Below are positions 7,547 to 17,272 of a DNA stretch of 64,000 bases, piece by piece; positions within the stretch are counted from its first letter, which is position 1, and each line of letters opens with the position of its first letter. The notes beneath the pieces were generated by a model that saw nothing but the letters and a program-made list of their open reading frames with translations, had not been told where the DNA came from and searched no databases. The DNA is from an uncultured Lutibacter sp. GTDB taxonomy: Bacteria; Bacteroidota; Bacteroidia; Flavobacteriales; Flavobacteriaceae. The stretch is taken from the NCBI RefSeq assembly GCF_947495725.1, contig NZ_CANLZZ010000003.1, positions 240,341 through 304,340 on the forward strand. The letters run 5' to 3'. The position numbers were made by a program, and so were the translations under genes.

Positions 7547-7719
7547 GATTAATATTTTTTTTCAAAATATGCTCAAATTTCATTCCTTAATTCAACAAAA
7601 GTGGTAACAATAGTTACCGTTACATGTCTTAAATATTACATAAAACAATTATTAAACTTTATATCAACACCATAGAAATTATGTTCTATTTATAAATGTG
7701 AAATAATTACATTTGTTTT

Positions 7720-8277
7720 ATGAAGAAACACCTAATTATACTTATTACTGTTGTTATGCTTATTGGCTGCAATAATAAGTCGCAGTTAAACAAAACATTT
7801 AATTGTGGTTCGGCTAATTTTAATGAATTAACTACCAATTCCGATTTTAATAAAAACTTCACAATTAAAATCCCTTCTAATTGGAAAACAAACCTTTACT
7901 ACGACCAAAATCAATCCGAATTATTTGCCGCAGACACTACCAAGCAATTAAGTAAAAGTTATATAATAGATGTAGCTTACAATTATGGTTCTATAAACTT
8001 AAATGAACCTTTTATAAAAAGTATTGATTCTACAATTACAAGTTCGAAATTAACAAAATTAAAATCTGGAAAAACCACTTTTAAAAATAAACCTTCATTT
8101 TGGTATTTAAGTAACGGCACAAAAAAAGGGTTTACCTATCATCAACTTAATTTAATAATTAAGGTTTCAAATACAGCATACATTACCTGTTATTCTCAAA
8201 TTTATGGAGAAAAAAACATTGATGAACGAATTTGTGAATCCATTAGTTTATTTGATAATATTGATTTTTTACAATAA
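7720..8277 (+). CDS. Hypothetical lipoprotein
   Basis: 185 aa with signal peptide and lipobox (MLIGCNNK). No family recognised. Confidence 0.6.
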   Translation: MKKHLIILITVVMLIGCNNKSQLNKTFNCGSANFNELTTNSDFNKNFTIKIPSNWKTNLYYDQNQSELFAADTTKQLSKSYIIDVAYNYGSINLNEPFIKSIDSTITSSKLTKLKSGKTTFKNKPSFWYLSNGTKKGFTYHQLNLIIKVSNTAYITCYSQIYGEKNIDERICESISLFDNIDFLQ

Positions 8278-8292
8278 TTTAAGAAAATCACA

Positions 8293-8323
8293 TTGCAAAT
8301 CCTTAATTGAAAACGTACTTTTG
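8293..8323 (+). promoter_or_regulatory. Bacteroidetes-type promoter for pepT (-33 TTG / -7 TACTTTTG)
   Basis: TTG (8293-8295), a 20-nt spacer, then TACTTTTG (8316-8323), which matches TAnnTTTG. It lies 18 nt upstream of the ATG. Confidence 0.5.
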
Positions 8324-8340
8324 ATAAAAAATTTAACATA

Positions 8341-9573
8341 ATGCAAAAAATTATAGATCGCTTTGTAAAGTATATTACCGTAGATACACAATCTGACCCA
8401 AATAATCCAGATTTTCCTAGTACTGAAAAACAATGGAATTTAGCTAAAATATTAGTTAAAGAATTAGAAGATATTGGAATGGAAGATGTAACATTAGATG
8501 ACAATTGTTATATAATGGCAACTTTACCTTCAAATGTTGATTATGAAGTACCAACAATTGGTTTTATTGCACATATGGATACAAGTCCCGATTATACTGG
8601 TACTAATGTAAAACCACAATTTCATCCAAATTATAATGGAGAAGATATTTTATTAAACAAAGAAGAAAACATAGTACTATCTCCAAGTTATTTCGAAGAT
8701 TTATTGCTTTATAAAGGGCAAACCTTAATTACCACTGACGGTACAACACTTTTAGGTGCTGATGATAAAGCAGGAATTACAGAAATTGTTTCTGCAATGG
8801 AGTATTTAATTAACAATCCTGAAATTAAACATGGTAAAATACGAGTTGGTTTTACTCCTGATGAGGAAGTTGGTAAAGGAGCTCATATGTTTGATGTTGA
8901 AAAATTTGGTGCAGAATGGGCTTATACAATGGATGGAAGTCAGGTTGGAGAATTAGAATACGAAAACTTTAATGCTGCTGGAGCAAAAGTAACCATTAAC
9001 GGGAAAATTGTACATCCAGGTTACGCCAAAGGAAAAATGATTAATTCAATGACAATTGCTTCGGATTTTATAAAAGGTTTACCTGCAAATGAAGTTCCAG
9101 AGCATACAGAAGGCTATGAAGGTTTTTTCCATTTACACACTATGAATGGTGAAGTTGAAAAAACAACCTTAGAATATATTATAAGAGATCACGATTTAAG
9201 CTTGTTCGAAAAACGAAAAGTTCAATTTCAAAAAGTAGCGGATGATTTAAATAAAAATTTAGGTAGTAACCTTATTGAAGTTGAAATTAAAGATCAGTAT
9301 TTTAATATGCGCGAAAAAATTGAGCCTGTAATGCATATTGTTGATATTGCCGAAGAAGCTATGAAGCAATTAAATATAAAGCCATTAATTAAAGCAATTC
9401 GCGGTGGAACTGACGGATCTCAATTATCTTATAAAGGGTTGCCATGTCCAAATATTTTTGCAGGTGGGCACAACTTTCACGGTCGTTACGAATATGTTCC
9501 TGCCGAATCAATTCAATTAGCAACTGACGTTATAGTTAAAATTGCTGCAATTACTGCTGAAAGAACAAAATAA
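8341..9573 (+). CDS. pepT: Peptidase T (tripeptide aminopeptidase, M20B)
   Basis: 410 aa. The N-terminus [13 protein letters not shown], plus [15 protein letters not shown] and TPDEEVG, match PepT/M20 metal-ligand motifs. Confidence 0.93.
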   Translation: MQKIIDRFVKYITVDTQSDPNNPDFPSTEKQWNLAKILVKELEDIGMEDVTLDDNCYIMATLPSNVDYEVPTIGFIAHMDTSPDYTGTNVKPQFHPNYNGEDILLNKEENIVLSPSYFEDLLLYKGQTLITTDGTTLLGADDKAGITEIVSAMEYLINNPEIKHGKIRVGFTPDEEVGKGAHMFDVEKFGAEWAYTMDGSQVGELEYENFNAAGAKVTINGKIVHPGYAKGKMINSMTIASDFIKGLPANEVPEHTEGYEGFFHLHTMNGEVEKTTLEYIIRDHDLSLFEKRKVQFQKVADDLNKNLGSNLIEVEIKDQYFNMREKIEPVMHIVDIAEEAMKQLNIKPLIKAIRGGTDGSQLSYKGLPCPNIFAGGHNFHGRYEYVPAESIQLATDVIVKIAAITAERTK

Positions 9574-9594
9574 TTGTTTTTGAATATCCATTTT

Positions 9595-9637
9595 AAAACT
9601 CTCTCCAATATACAAATGGTGAGAGTTTTTCTTTTTT
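9595..9637 (+). terminator. Rho-independent terminator after pepT
   Basis: AACTCTCTCC (9597-9606) pairs with GGTGAGAGTT (9618-9627) with one mismatch, followed by TTTTCTTTTTT. Confidence 0.7.
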
Positions 9638-9676
9638 AACAGAATGTTAAATATTGTTATTATTATAAAATAAGTT

Positions 9677-9705
9677 TTGAAAATATTTAAAACATTTTAC
9701 TTTTG
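9677..9705 (+). promoter_or_regulatory. Bacteroidetes-type promoter for lysA
   Basis: TTG (9677-9679), an 18-nt spacer, then TACTTTTG (9698-9705). Confidence 0.5.
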
Positions 9706-9726
9706 GCGCAACAAAAAAATCAGTGA

Positions 9727-10932
9727 ATGAACAATCAACAATTAATAGCACTTGCGGAGAAATATGGAAATCCGTTATATGTTTACGATGCCGACAGAAT
9801 TGTGTCGCAATATCACCGAATGGCAAATGCATTTTCTAGTGTAGAAAATTTAAAAATAAACTATGCTGTTAAGGCAAATTCGAATATTAATATTTTAAAG
9901 GTTTTAAATAAATTAAATTCGGGCGTTGATTGTGTTTCTATTCAAGAAGTAAAACTAGCGATTGAAGCCGGTTTTAATGTTAAAGATATTTTCTTTACTC
10001 CCAGTGGAATTTCATTTGAAGAAATGGAAGAAGCTACTATTTTAGGTGTTCAAATCACTTTAGATAGTTTATCTATTTTAGAAAAATTTGGAAATAAATA
10101 TGCACATATACCTGTTTGCTTAAGAATTAACCCTCACGTAATGGCGGGTGGAAATCATAAAATTTCTGTGGGTCATATCGATTCAAAGTTTGGAATCTCT
10201 ATTCATCAAATAGATGGAATTAAATCAATTCTTAAAAAAACGGGCTTAGTAATTAACGGTATTCACATGCACACAGGTTCAGATATTTATAATATTGAAG
10301 CCTTTTTAAATGCTACAGAAATATTACTAAATACGGTTAAAGAATTTGATACCATTGAATTTGTAGATTTTGGAAGTGGATTTAAAGTTCCATATAAAGA
10401 TGGTGATATTGAAACTAACATCGAAGAAATGGGAGTTACTTTAAGCAACCGTTTTAACAATTTTTGTAAGGAGTATGGTAGAGATTTAACTATGATTTTT
10501 GAACCAGGTAAATTTTTAGTTAGTGAAGCTGGAAGTTTATTAGTAAAAGTAAATGTTGTTAAACCAACACCAAATATATTATTTATTGGAGTAGATAGTG
10601 GATTAAACCATTTAATTAGACCAATGATGTATGATTCGTATCATCATATAACAAATATTTCTAATCCAGATGGAGAGGAGAAAATATATGATATTGTAGG
10701 TTATATTTGCGAAAATGACACGTTTGGTTCAAATAGAAGCATTAGTGAAATTTCTGAAAATGATATCCTAAGAATACATAATGCAGGTGCTTATAGTTTT
10801 TCAATGGCTTCAAATTATAATTCACGTTTTCGTCCAGCTGAAGTTATGTTGTATAATGGTGAAGATTATTTAATCCGTAAGCGAGAAAATTTTGAAGATT
10901 TAATGAGAAATCAGGTAATCTTAGATTTATAA
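9727..10932 (+). CDS. lysA: Diaminopimelate decarboxylase
   Basis: 401 aa of the PLP-dependent group IV decarboxylase type: YGNPLYVYD, the YAVKAN Lys site, HMHTGS and EPGKFLV. Confidence 0.92.
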   Translation: MNNQQLIALAEKYGNPLYVYDADRIVSQYHRMANAFSSVENLKINYAVKANSNINILKVLNKLNSGVDCVSIQEVKLAIEAGFNVKDIFFTPSGISFEEMEEATILGVQITLDSLSILEKFGNKYAHIPVCLRINPHVMAGGNHKISVGHIDSKFGISIHQIDGIKSILKKTGLVINGIHMHTGSDIYNIEAFLNATEILLNTVKEFDTIEFVDFGSGFKVPYKDGDIETNIEEMGVTLSNRFNNFCKEYGRDLTMIFEPGKFLVSEAGSLLVKVNVVKPTPNILFIGVDSGLNHLIRPMMYDSYHHITNISNPDGEEKIYDIVGYICENDTFGSNRSISEISENDILRIHNAGAYSFSMASNYNSRFRPAEVMLYNGEDYLIRKRENFEDLMRNQVILDL

Positions 10933-10938
10933 TACTAT

Positions 10939-10970
10939 AAAAAACTCCGTTGCATTGCACGGAGTTTTTT
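10939..10970 (+). terminator. Rho-independent terminator after lysA
   Basis: AAAAAACTCCGTTGCATTGCACGGAGTTTTTT: stem ACTCCG/CGGAGT followed by a T-run. Confidence 0.8.
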
Positions 10971-11059
10971 ATTATTCATAATAAGTTCTTTAAAATAACG
11001 GTTAAAATGTAGATAAAGTAGTTGTAAATTATTTTTTTTGTAAAATTAATTTCAAATTA

Positions 11060-11088
11060 TTGTAGTTTTAAAAAATTACCTACTTTTG
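11060..11088 (+). promoter_or_regulatory. Bacteroidetes-type promoter of the thr operon
   Basis: TTG (11060-11062), an 18-nt spacer, then TACTTTTG (11081-11088). This puts the start site near 11093-11097, upstream of the leader ORF. Confidence 0.55.
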
Positions 11089-11137
11089 AACTATGCAAAT
11101 AGAAAAAAGATATAAGTTAAATACAAACGCAATTACT

Positions 11138-11182
11138 ATGCGCAACTTTACTATTGCAACAACTACTACAATTACCCTTTAG
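11138..11182 (+). CDS. Putative thr operon leader peptide MRNFTIATTTTITL (alternative longer form from the ATG at 11093)
   Basis: My own translation: ATG CGC AAC TTT ACT ATT GCA ACA ACT ACT ACA ATT ACC CTT TAG. Six Thr and two Ile fall within the last 10 sense codons, 110 nt upstream of thrA. The same frame opens at 11093 (MQIEKRYKLNTNAIT...). Confidence 0.55.
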   Translation: MRNFTIATTTTITL

Positions 11183-11292
11183 GGGTTCTATTCTATTCAT
11201 ATAAGCCGTATATATATTCATTTTCATTAAGAAATGAAACTTTGAATATTGAAAACAAAAATAAAATAAATTAAACATATAAATTAATACAA

Positions 11293-13737
11293 ATGAAAGT
11301 ATTAAAATTTGGAGGTTCATCAGTAGCATCTTCGGAAAACATAAATAAAGTAATAAGTATAGTTAAAGAAAGTTCTTTTAAAAACAATGTAGCAGTTGTT
11401 GTATCTGCACTTGGAGGTGTAACGGATTTGTTGTTAGAATCGGGTAAACTTGCATGTGAAGGAAATGAAGATTATAAAAATAGTTTTAAAACTATTGAAT
11501 CTAGACATATTGAAGTAGTTAGAGAATTAATTCCAGTAAACAACCAAAGTAGTGTTTTAGGTCAAATTAAATTGATGTTGAATAAATTAGAAAACACATT
11601 GGAAGGTGTTTTCTTAATTAATGAACTTTCATCAAAAACTTCTGATAAAATTGTTAGTTTTGGTGAATTATTTTCATCATATATTATTGCTGAAGCTATG
11701 AAAAGTAATGGCTTAGATGCAGTTTTAAAAAATTCGCAAGAATTAATTGTTACCGATGGAAATTTTTCAAACGCTGCTGTAATTTTTAATAAAACAAACA
11801 ATAACATTACTAGTTATTTTAAACATAATAAGTCTAAAATTGTAATGTTACCAGGTTTTGTTTCAAAAACTGAAAATGGAGAAGTTTCAACTTTAGGTCG
11901 AGGCGGATCAGATTATACTGCCGCAATTATAGCTTCAGCTGTTGACGCATCTATATTAGAAATCTGGACAGATGTAAGTGGAATGTACACTGCAAACCCA
12001 AAATTTGTACGTCAGGCCTTCCCTATCAAAAGCATTTCATATCAAGAAGCAATGGAATTATCGCACTTTGGGGCTAAGGTTTTATATCCTCCAACAATTC
12101 AACCGGTGTTAAAAAAAGAAATTCCAATTTGTATTAAAAATACTTTCGACGCTAAGGCTGAAGGAACTTTAATTACAAAAGTTTCATCAAATACAAATCC
12201 TATTAAAGGAATAAGTCATATTGAAAATATGGCATTAGTTACATTAGAAGGAAGCGGAATGGTTGGTATACCTGGTATTTCTAAACGTTTATTTGGTTGT
12301 TTGGCTTCAAATAAAATAAATGTATCATTAATAACACAAGCTTCATCAGAGCATTCTATATGTTTTGCTATTAGCAATAACGATGGTGAAAAAGCCGAAT
12401 ATGCAGTAAACCAAGAATTCAGTTATGAAATTGAACAAAATAAAATAGACCCGTTAATTGTTGAAAAAGATAATGCTATTATTGCATTAGTTGGTGATAA
12501 TATGAAAAGTCACCAAGGTATTAGCGGTAAAATGTTTAGTACATTAGGTAAAAACAATGTAAACATTAGAGCTATAGCTCAAGGAGCTTCAGAAAAAAAT
12601 ATTTCTGCGGTAATTTCGCATAAAGACATTAAAAAAGCATTAAACACACTCCATTCTGAATTCTTTGAAAATCAAACCAAACAATTAAATTTATTTGTTG
12701 TTGGTGTTGGAAATGTTGGAGGAAAATTATTACAACAAATTAAACAACAACAACAATATTTATTAGACAACCTAAAATTACAAGTTAGAGTTATCGCATT
12801 AACAAACTCTAAAAAAATGTTGTTTAATGAAGATGGAATTGATTTAGAAAGCTGGAGCACTCAATTACCAAAAGGACAAGATTTGGATATGAATTTGTTT
12901 CATAAAAAAGTAACAGATTTAAATTATAGAAATAGCATTTTTGTAGACAATACTGCTAATGAAAGTGTTTCTAAATTATACGCCAGTTATTTAAAAGAAA
13001 GTGTTGCTGTTGTTACTTGTAATAAAATTGCTTGTTCATCTAATTACACTAACTATTTAAATTTAAAACAGTTAGCAAGAGAATATAATGCTCCTTTCTT
13101 ATTTGAAACTAATGTAGGTGCTGGATTACCAATAATAGACACTTTAAAAAACTTAATTGCTTCAGGTGATAAAGTAACTAAAATACAAGCTGTTTTGTCC
13201 GGAAGTTTAAATTTTGTTTTTAACAATTTTAACAGCGAAACTTCTTTTGCCGATGTTGTTGATGAAGCGGGTGTTCAGGGCTATACTGAGCCAGATCCTC
13301 GTATTGATTTAAGTGGTGTTGATGTAATGAGAAAAATCTTAATATTGGCTCGTGAAAGTGGAACAAGATTAGAATTAGACGACATTAAAAATAATTCATT
13401 TTTACCACAAGCCTCGTTAGATGCGGATTCTGTTCCTGACTTTTTAGAAACTTTAAAAACAGAGGCTGAGCATTTTAATAAAATACAACAAAGCGCAGAA
13501 TCAAATAACTGTAGATTAAAATTTGTTGCAGAATTTGATAATGGAGCTGCAAATGTAGGCTTACAAGAAATTCCTTCAGATCACCCATTCTATAATTTAG
13601 ATGGAAGTGATAATATTGTATTGTTCTTTACGGAAAGATATCCTGTGCAACCATTAATTATTAAAGGTGCTGGTGCTGGTGCTGATGTAACAGCCTCTGG
13701 CCTATTTGCAGATATTATAAGAATAGGAAACAACTAA
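11293..13737 (+). CDS. thrA: Bifunctional aspartokinase / homoserine dehydrogenase
   Basis: 814 aa. The N-terminus MKVLKFGGSSV is the aspartokinase signature, followed by ACT-domain regions. The C-terminal half has the NAD-binding stretch VVGVGNVGG and homoserine dehydrogenase motifs. Confidence 0.95.
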   Translation: MKVLKFGGSSVASSENINKVISIVKESSFKNNVAVVVSALGGVTDLLLESGKLACEGNEDYKNSFKTIESRHIEVVRELIPVNNQSSVLGQIKLMLNKLENTLEGVFLINELSSKTSDKIVSFGELFSSYIIAEAMKSNGLDAVLKNSQELIVTDGNFSNAAVIFNKTNNNITSYFKHNKSKIVMLPGFVSKTENGEVSTLGRGGSDYTAAIIASAVDASILEIWTDVSGMYTANPKFVRQAFPIKSISYQEAMELSHFGAKVLYPPTIQPVLKKEIPICIKNTFDAKAEGTLITKVSSNTNPIKGISHIENMALVTLEGSGMVGIPGISKRLFGCLASNKINVSLITQASSEHSICFAISNNDGEKAEYAVNQEFSYEIEQNKIDPLIVEKDNAIIALVGDNMKSHQGISGKMFSTLGKNNVNIRAIAQGASEKNISAVISHKDIKKALNTLHSEFFENQTKQLNLFVVGVGNVGGKLLQQIKQQQQYLLDNLKLQVRVIALTNSKKMLFNEDGIDLESWSTQLPKGQDLDMNLFHKKVTDLNYRNSIFVDNTANESVSKLYASYLKESVAVVTCNKIACSSNYTNYLNLKQLAREYNAPFLFETNVGAGLPIIDTLKNLIASGDKVTKIQAVLSGSLNFVFNNFNSETSFADVVDEAGVQGYTEPDPRIDLSGVDVMRKILILARESGTRLELDDIKNNSFLPQASLDADSVPDFLETLKTEAEHFNKIQQSAESNNCRLKFVAEFDNGAANVGLQEIPSDHPFYNLDGSDNIVLFFTERYPVQPLIIKGAGAGADVTASGLFADIIRIGNN

Positions 13738-13740
13738 ACT

Positions 13741-14664
13741 ATGGATCAGTTAAAAATATTTGTTCCTGCAACAATTGCTAATGTTTCTTGTGGTTTTGAC
13801 GTACTAGGTTTGGCATTGGATAATGTTGGTGATGAAATGACTATTAAAAAAGTAGCAAAAAAAGGAGTTACAATAACAAAAATTATTGGTCAAGATTTAC
13901 CACTTGAAACACATAAAAATGTTGCTGGAGTTGCTGCATTAGCATTATTAGCTGAAACTAACAGTGATTTTGGTTTTGAAATAGAAATTAATAAACAAAT
14001 TAAACCCGGAAGTGGAATTGGAAGCAGTGCTGCGAGTTCTGCGGGTGCAGTTTGGGCCATTAATGAGTTGCTAGGTAAACCATTTAAACCTTTAGATTTA
14101 GTTCGTTTTGCTATGGAAGGTGAACGTTTAGCAACGGGTGTTGCTCATGCCGATAATGTAGCTCCAGCCCTTTTAGGTGGATTTACATTGGTTAGAAGTT
14201 ATGAGCCTTTAGATATTATAAGTGTTAACACACCAAATGAATTATACGCAACCGTTATACACCCACAAATAGAAGTAAAAACCTCTGACGCTCGTGAAAT
14301 TTTAAAAACTACAGTTCAACTAAAAGATGCTATAAAGCAATGGGGAAATGTAGGAGGATTAATTAGTGGTTTATATACTGAAGATTACGATTTAATTGGA
14401 AGATCGCTTCAAGATTATATTATAGAACCAATTCGTTCAATACTAATTCCAGCATTTGATTCTGTTAAAAAAAATTCTTTAAAAGCTGGAGCTTTAGGTT
14501 GTGGTATTTCAGGTTCGGGCCCATCTATTTTTGCATTAAGTAAAGGAAAAGAAACTGCTTTAAAAGTTGGTGAAGCTATGAAAGCTGTATACACTAAAGT
14601 TGGTATTGATTATGACGTTCACGTCTCAAAAGTAAACAAACAAGGAATAAAAATATTAGAATAA
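13741..14664 (+). CDS. thrB: Homoserine kinase
   Basis: 307 aa. GHMP kinase motif PGSGIGSSAASSA, and a position between thrA and thrC. Confidence 0.93.
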   Translation: MDQLKIFVPATIANVSCGFDVLGLALDNVGDEMTIKKVAKKGVTITKIIGQDLPLETHKNVAGVAALALLAETNSDFGFEIEINKQIKPGSGIGSSAASSAGAVWAINELLGKPFKPLDLVRFAMEGERLATGVAHADNVAPALLGGFTLVRSYEPLDIISVNTPNELYATVIHPQIEVKTSDAREILKTTVQLKDAIKQWGNVGGLISGLYTEDYDLIGRSLQDYIIEPIRSILIPAFDSVKKNSLKAGALGCGISGSGPSIFALSKGKETALKVGEAMKAVYTKVGIDYDVHVSKVNKQGIKILE

Positions 14665-14670
14665 AAAATT

Positions 14671-15963
14671 ATGAACTTTTATAGTTTAAATAAAAAAGCC
14701 CCAATTGTATCATTTCAAGATGCTGTGGTTAAAGGATTAGCACCAGATAAAGGATTGTATTTTCCTGAAAGTATTAAACCTTTAGAAAAGGATTTTTTTG
14801 ATCATATAGAATATTTTTCAAATGTAGAAATTGCTTATGAAGTTATAAAACAATTTGTTGCTGATGAAATTCCTGAAAAAGAATTAAAGCAAATTATAGA
14901 AGAAACTCTTTGTTTTGATTTCCCTGTTGTTTCAATTACTGAAGATATTTCAACTTTAGAATTATTTCATGGACCTACAATGGCTTTTAAAGATGTTGGA
15001 GCTCGCTTTATGGCACGCTGCTTCGGTTATTTTAATAGAGATAAAACAGCTTCAAAAGTAACTGTTTTGGTTGCTACCTCGGGAGATACCGGTGGTGCAG
15101 TTGCTAGTGGTTTTTTAGGTGTAGATGGTGTAGATGTTGTTATACTATATCCAAGTGGTAAGGTTAGTGATGTTCAAGAAAAACAATTAACTACATTAGG
15201 CCAAAATATAAAAGCATTAGAAGTTCACGGAACATTTGATGATTGCCAAGCAATGGTTAAGAAAGCATTTTTGGATGAAGAAATTACTTCGAAGAGAAAT
15301 CTAACTTCGGCAAATTCTATTAATGTTGCCCGCTGGTTACCACAAATGTTTTATTTCTTTTTTGCTTATAAACAATTGAAAAACAAAAAGAAAGACTTAG
15401 TTTTTTCAGTTCCTAGTGGAAACTTTGGGAATATTTGCGCCGGAATTATGGCACAACAATTAGGCTTACCAATTAAGCAATTTATTGCTTCAACAAATAT
15501 CAACGATATTGTTCCTAATTATTTAGAAACTGGAGTTTATATACCAAAACCATCTAAGCAAACCATTTCAAACGCAATGGATGTTGGTGATCCAAGTAAC
15601 TTTATTAGAATTCAAGAAATATATAAAAATGATGATAAGTTAAAAGAAAACCTTTCTTCCTATTCATTTACAGATGCTGAAACTAAATCTGCTATGAAAG
15701 AAATTAAATCTATTTCTGGTTACGTAGCTGATCCTCATGGAGCGGTAGGTTATTTGGGATTAAAAAAATATTTCGAAAACAATAACGCTCAAGGAATATT
15801 TTTAGAAACCGCACATCCTGTAAAATTTTTAGATGTTGTTGAACCAGTTTTACGCGAAACTATAGAATATCCTCAACAAATATTAGATGTAATAAATAAA
15901 GAAAAGGTTGCAAAAGAAATTTCAACATATAAACAATTAAAAGAATATCTTTTAAATTCTTAA
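14671..15963 (+). CDS. thrC: Threonine synthase
   Basis: 430 aa. The PLP Lys motif is HGPTMAFKDVG. The long-form ThrC N-terminus is present, and the gene follows thrB. Confidence 0.93.
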   Translation: MNFYSLNKKAPIVSFQDAVVKGLAPDKGLYFPESIKPLEKDFFDHIEYFSNVEIAYEVIKQFVADEIPEKELKQIIEETLCFDFPVVSITEDISTLELFHGPTMAFKDVGARFMARCFGYFNRDKTASKVTVLVATSGDTGGAVASGFLGVDGVDVVILYPSGKVSDVQEKQLTTLGQNIKALEVHGTFDDCQAMVKKAFLDEEITSKRNLTSANSINVARWLPQMFYFFFAYKQLKNKKKDLVFSVPSGNFGNICAGIMAQQLGLPIKQFIASTNINDIVPNYLETGVYIPKPSKQTISNAMDVGDPSNFIRIQEIYKNDDKLKENLSSYSFTDAETKSAMKEIKSISGYVADPHGAVGYLGLKKYFENNNAQGIFLETAHPVKFLDVVEPVLRETIEYPQQILDVINKEKVAKEISTYKQLKEYLLNS

Positions 15964-15994
15964 ATCAAAAATCAACTAAACTAAACTAACAATT

Positions 15995-17248
15995 ATGACT
16001 GAAGTGACCACTACGGCTCTGGAACAAACAGAGCTTATTTGTGCTATTGATACCGTTTGGGTATCGATTTGCGCAGCAATTATTTTTTTAATGGAGGGTG
16101 GTTTTGCACTTCTTGAGGCAGGATTTGTACGAGCAAAAAACGCAATGAGTATAATTGCAAAAGTAATGATGGATATTGCTTTTGGAGGTATTGCTTTTTA
16201 TTTAGTGGGTTTTGGAATTGCATACGGAAACTCAAACGGATGGATTGCTTTTGATATAGGGATTACCGAAAGTGACTTAGGATTAGGATTAACAGTCTCT
16301 AATAAACTGTTTTGGTTTATTCAACTTGGGTTTGCAATAGCTGCGATTTCCATTGTTTCAGGAGCATTAGCTGAGCGTATGAAAGTATGGTCTTATGCTA
16401 TTTATGTTTTTGTATTCTGTGCTATTTTATATCCATTAGCAGCAAATTGGGTTTGGAATCCAAACGGATGGTTAGCAGTTAAAGGTTTTAATGATTTTGC
16501 TGGTTCAGGGGCAGTACATGCTATGGGTGGTTTTGCTGCTTTGGCAAGTGCAATTGTATTAGGGCCACGTTTGGGAAAATATGGAAAATCGGGCGAAATA
16601 AACTCAATTCCTGGACATAATTTACCTTTAGCCGCTGTTGGAGGATTTATTTTATGGTTTGGATGGTTTGGATTTAATCCAGGTTCTACATTAGGTGCAG
16701 TTGGCAATTGGGAACTTATTGGAACCATTGCTACAAATACTTTTTTAGCATCTGCCGCTGGAGGAATTTCAACAATGATTTACACTTATTTTCGATATGG
16801 TCAAATTGATGTAACAATGGCAATAAATGGTGTACTTGCTGGTTTAGTAGCTGTTACTGCAGGTTGTAATGTAATAGACTCTAATTCTGCTATAATTATT
16901 GGTGCTATAGCAGGAGTTTTAGTAGACATTGCTGTTGAAGTAATTGATAGAATTAGGATTGATGATCCTGTTGGAGCAATTGCTGTGCACGGAGTTAATG
17001 GTTTTTTTGGCACCATTGCTGTAGGTTTATTTGCAACTGAAAACGGCTTATTTTTTGGTGGAGGTTCAAGTCTTTTTATCACTCAATTTATTGGAGTAAG
17101 TGTAATTGCTATTTTTTCTTTCACAACAACTTATTTACTTATGTTTATTATGAAGAAAACTATAGGTATTAGAATCACTAAAGCAGAAGAAAAAGCAGGT
17201 ATTGATGCTGTATCATTTGGAGTTGAAGCTTACACAACTTTCGAATAA
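15995..17248 (+). CDS. amt: Ammonium transporter (Amt family)
   Basis: 417 aa with ~11 TM helices. Amt signatures include FAGSGAVHAMGGFAAL and LWFGWFGFNPGS. Confidence 0.93.
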   Translation: MTEVTTTALEQTELICAIDTVWVSICAAIIFLMEGGFALLEAGFVRAKNAMSIIAKVMMDIAFGGIAFYLVGFGIAYGNSNGWIAFDIGITESDLGLGLTVSNKLFWFIQLGFAIAAISIVSGALAERMKVWSYAIYVFVFCAILYPLAANWVWNPNGWLAVKGFNDFAGSGAVHAMGGFAALASAIVLGPRLGKYGKSGEINSIPGHNLPLAAVGGFILWFGWFGFNPGSTLGAVGNWELIGTIATNTFLASAAGGISTMIYTYFRYGQIDVTMAINGVLAGLVAVTAGCNVIDSNSAIIIGAIAGVLVDIAVEVIDRIRIDDPVGAIAVHGVNGFFGTIAVGLFATENGLFFGGGSSLFITQFIGVSVIAIFSFTTTYLLMFIMKKTIGIRITKAEEKAGIDAVSFGVEAYTTFE

Positions 17249-17272
17249 CTATTAATTAAATAGACATTAAAA

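Noticed and set aside
16402-17082. Minus-strand ORFs of 108 aa and 93 aa inside amt. Similar antisense ORFs occur at 1183-1389, 4394-4738, 8202-8504, 11117-11329, 11562-11807, 12672-12860, 18246-18885, 20354-20560, 22871-23152, 24607-24813, 25897-26136, 28382-28567, 31456-31701, 37442-37765, 43057-43239, 46297-48353, 53787-53972, 54505-55118, 58105-58311, 60520-60732 and 62021-62972.
   Set aside because: All lie entirely within, or opposite to, confidently assigned genes. Their translations are low-complexity and shadow the sense-strand codon structure. No independent support exists.
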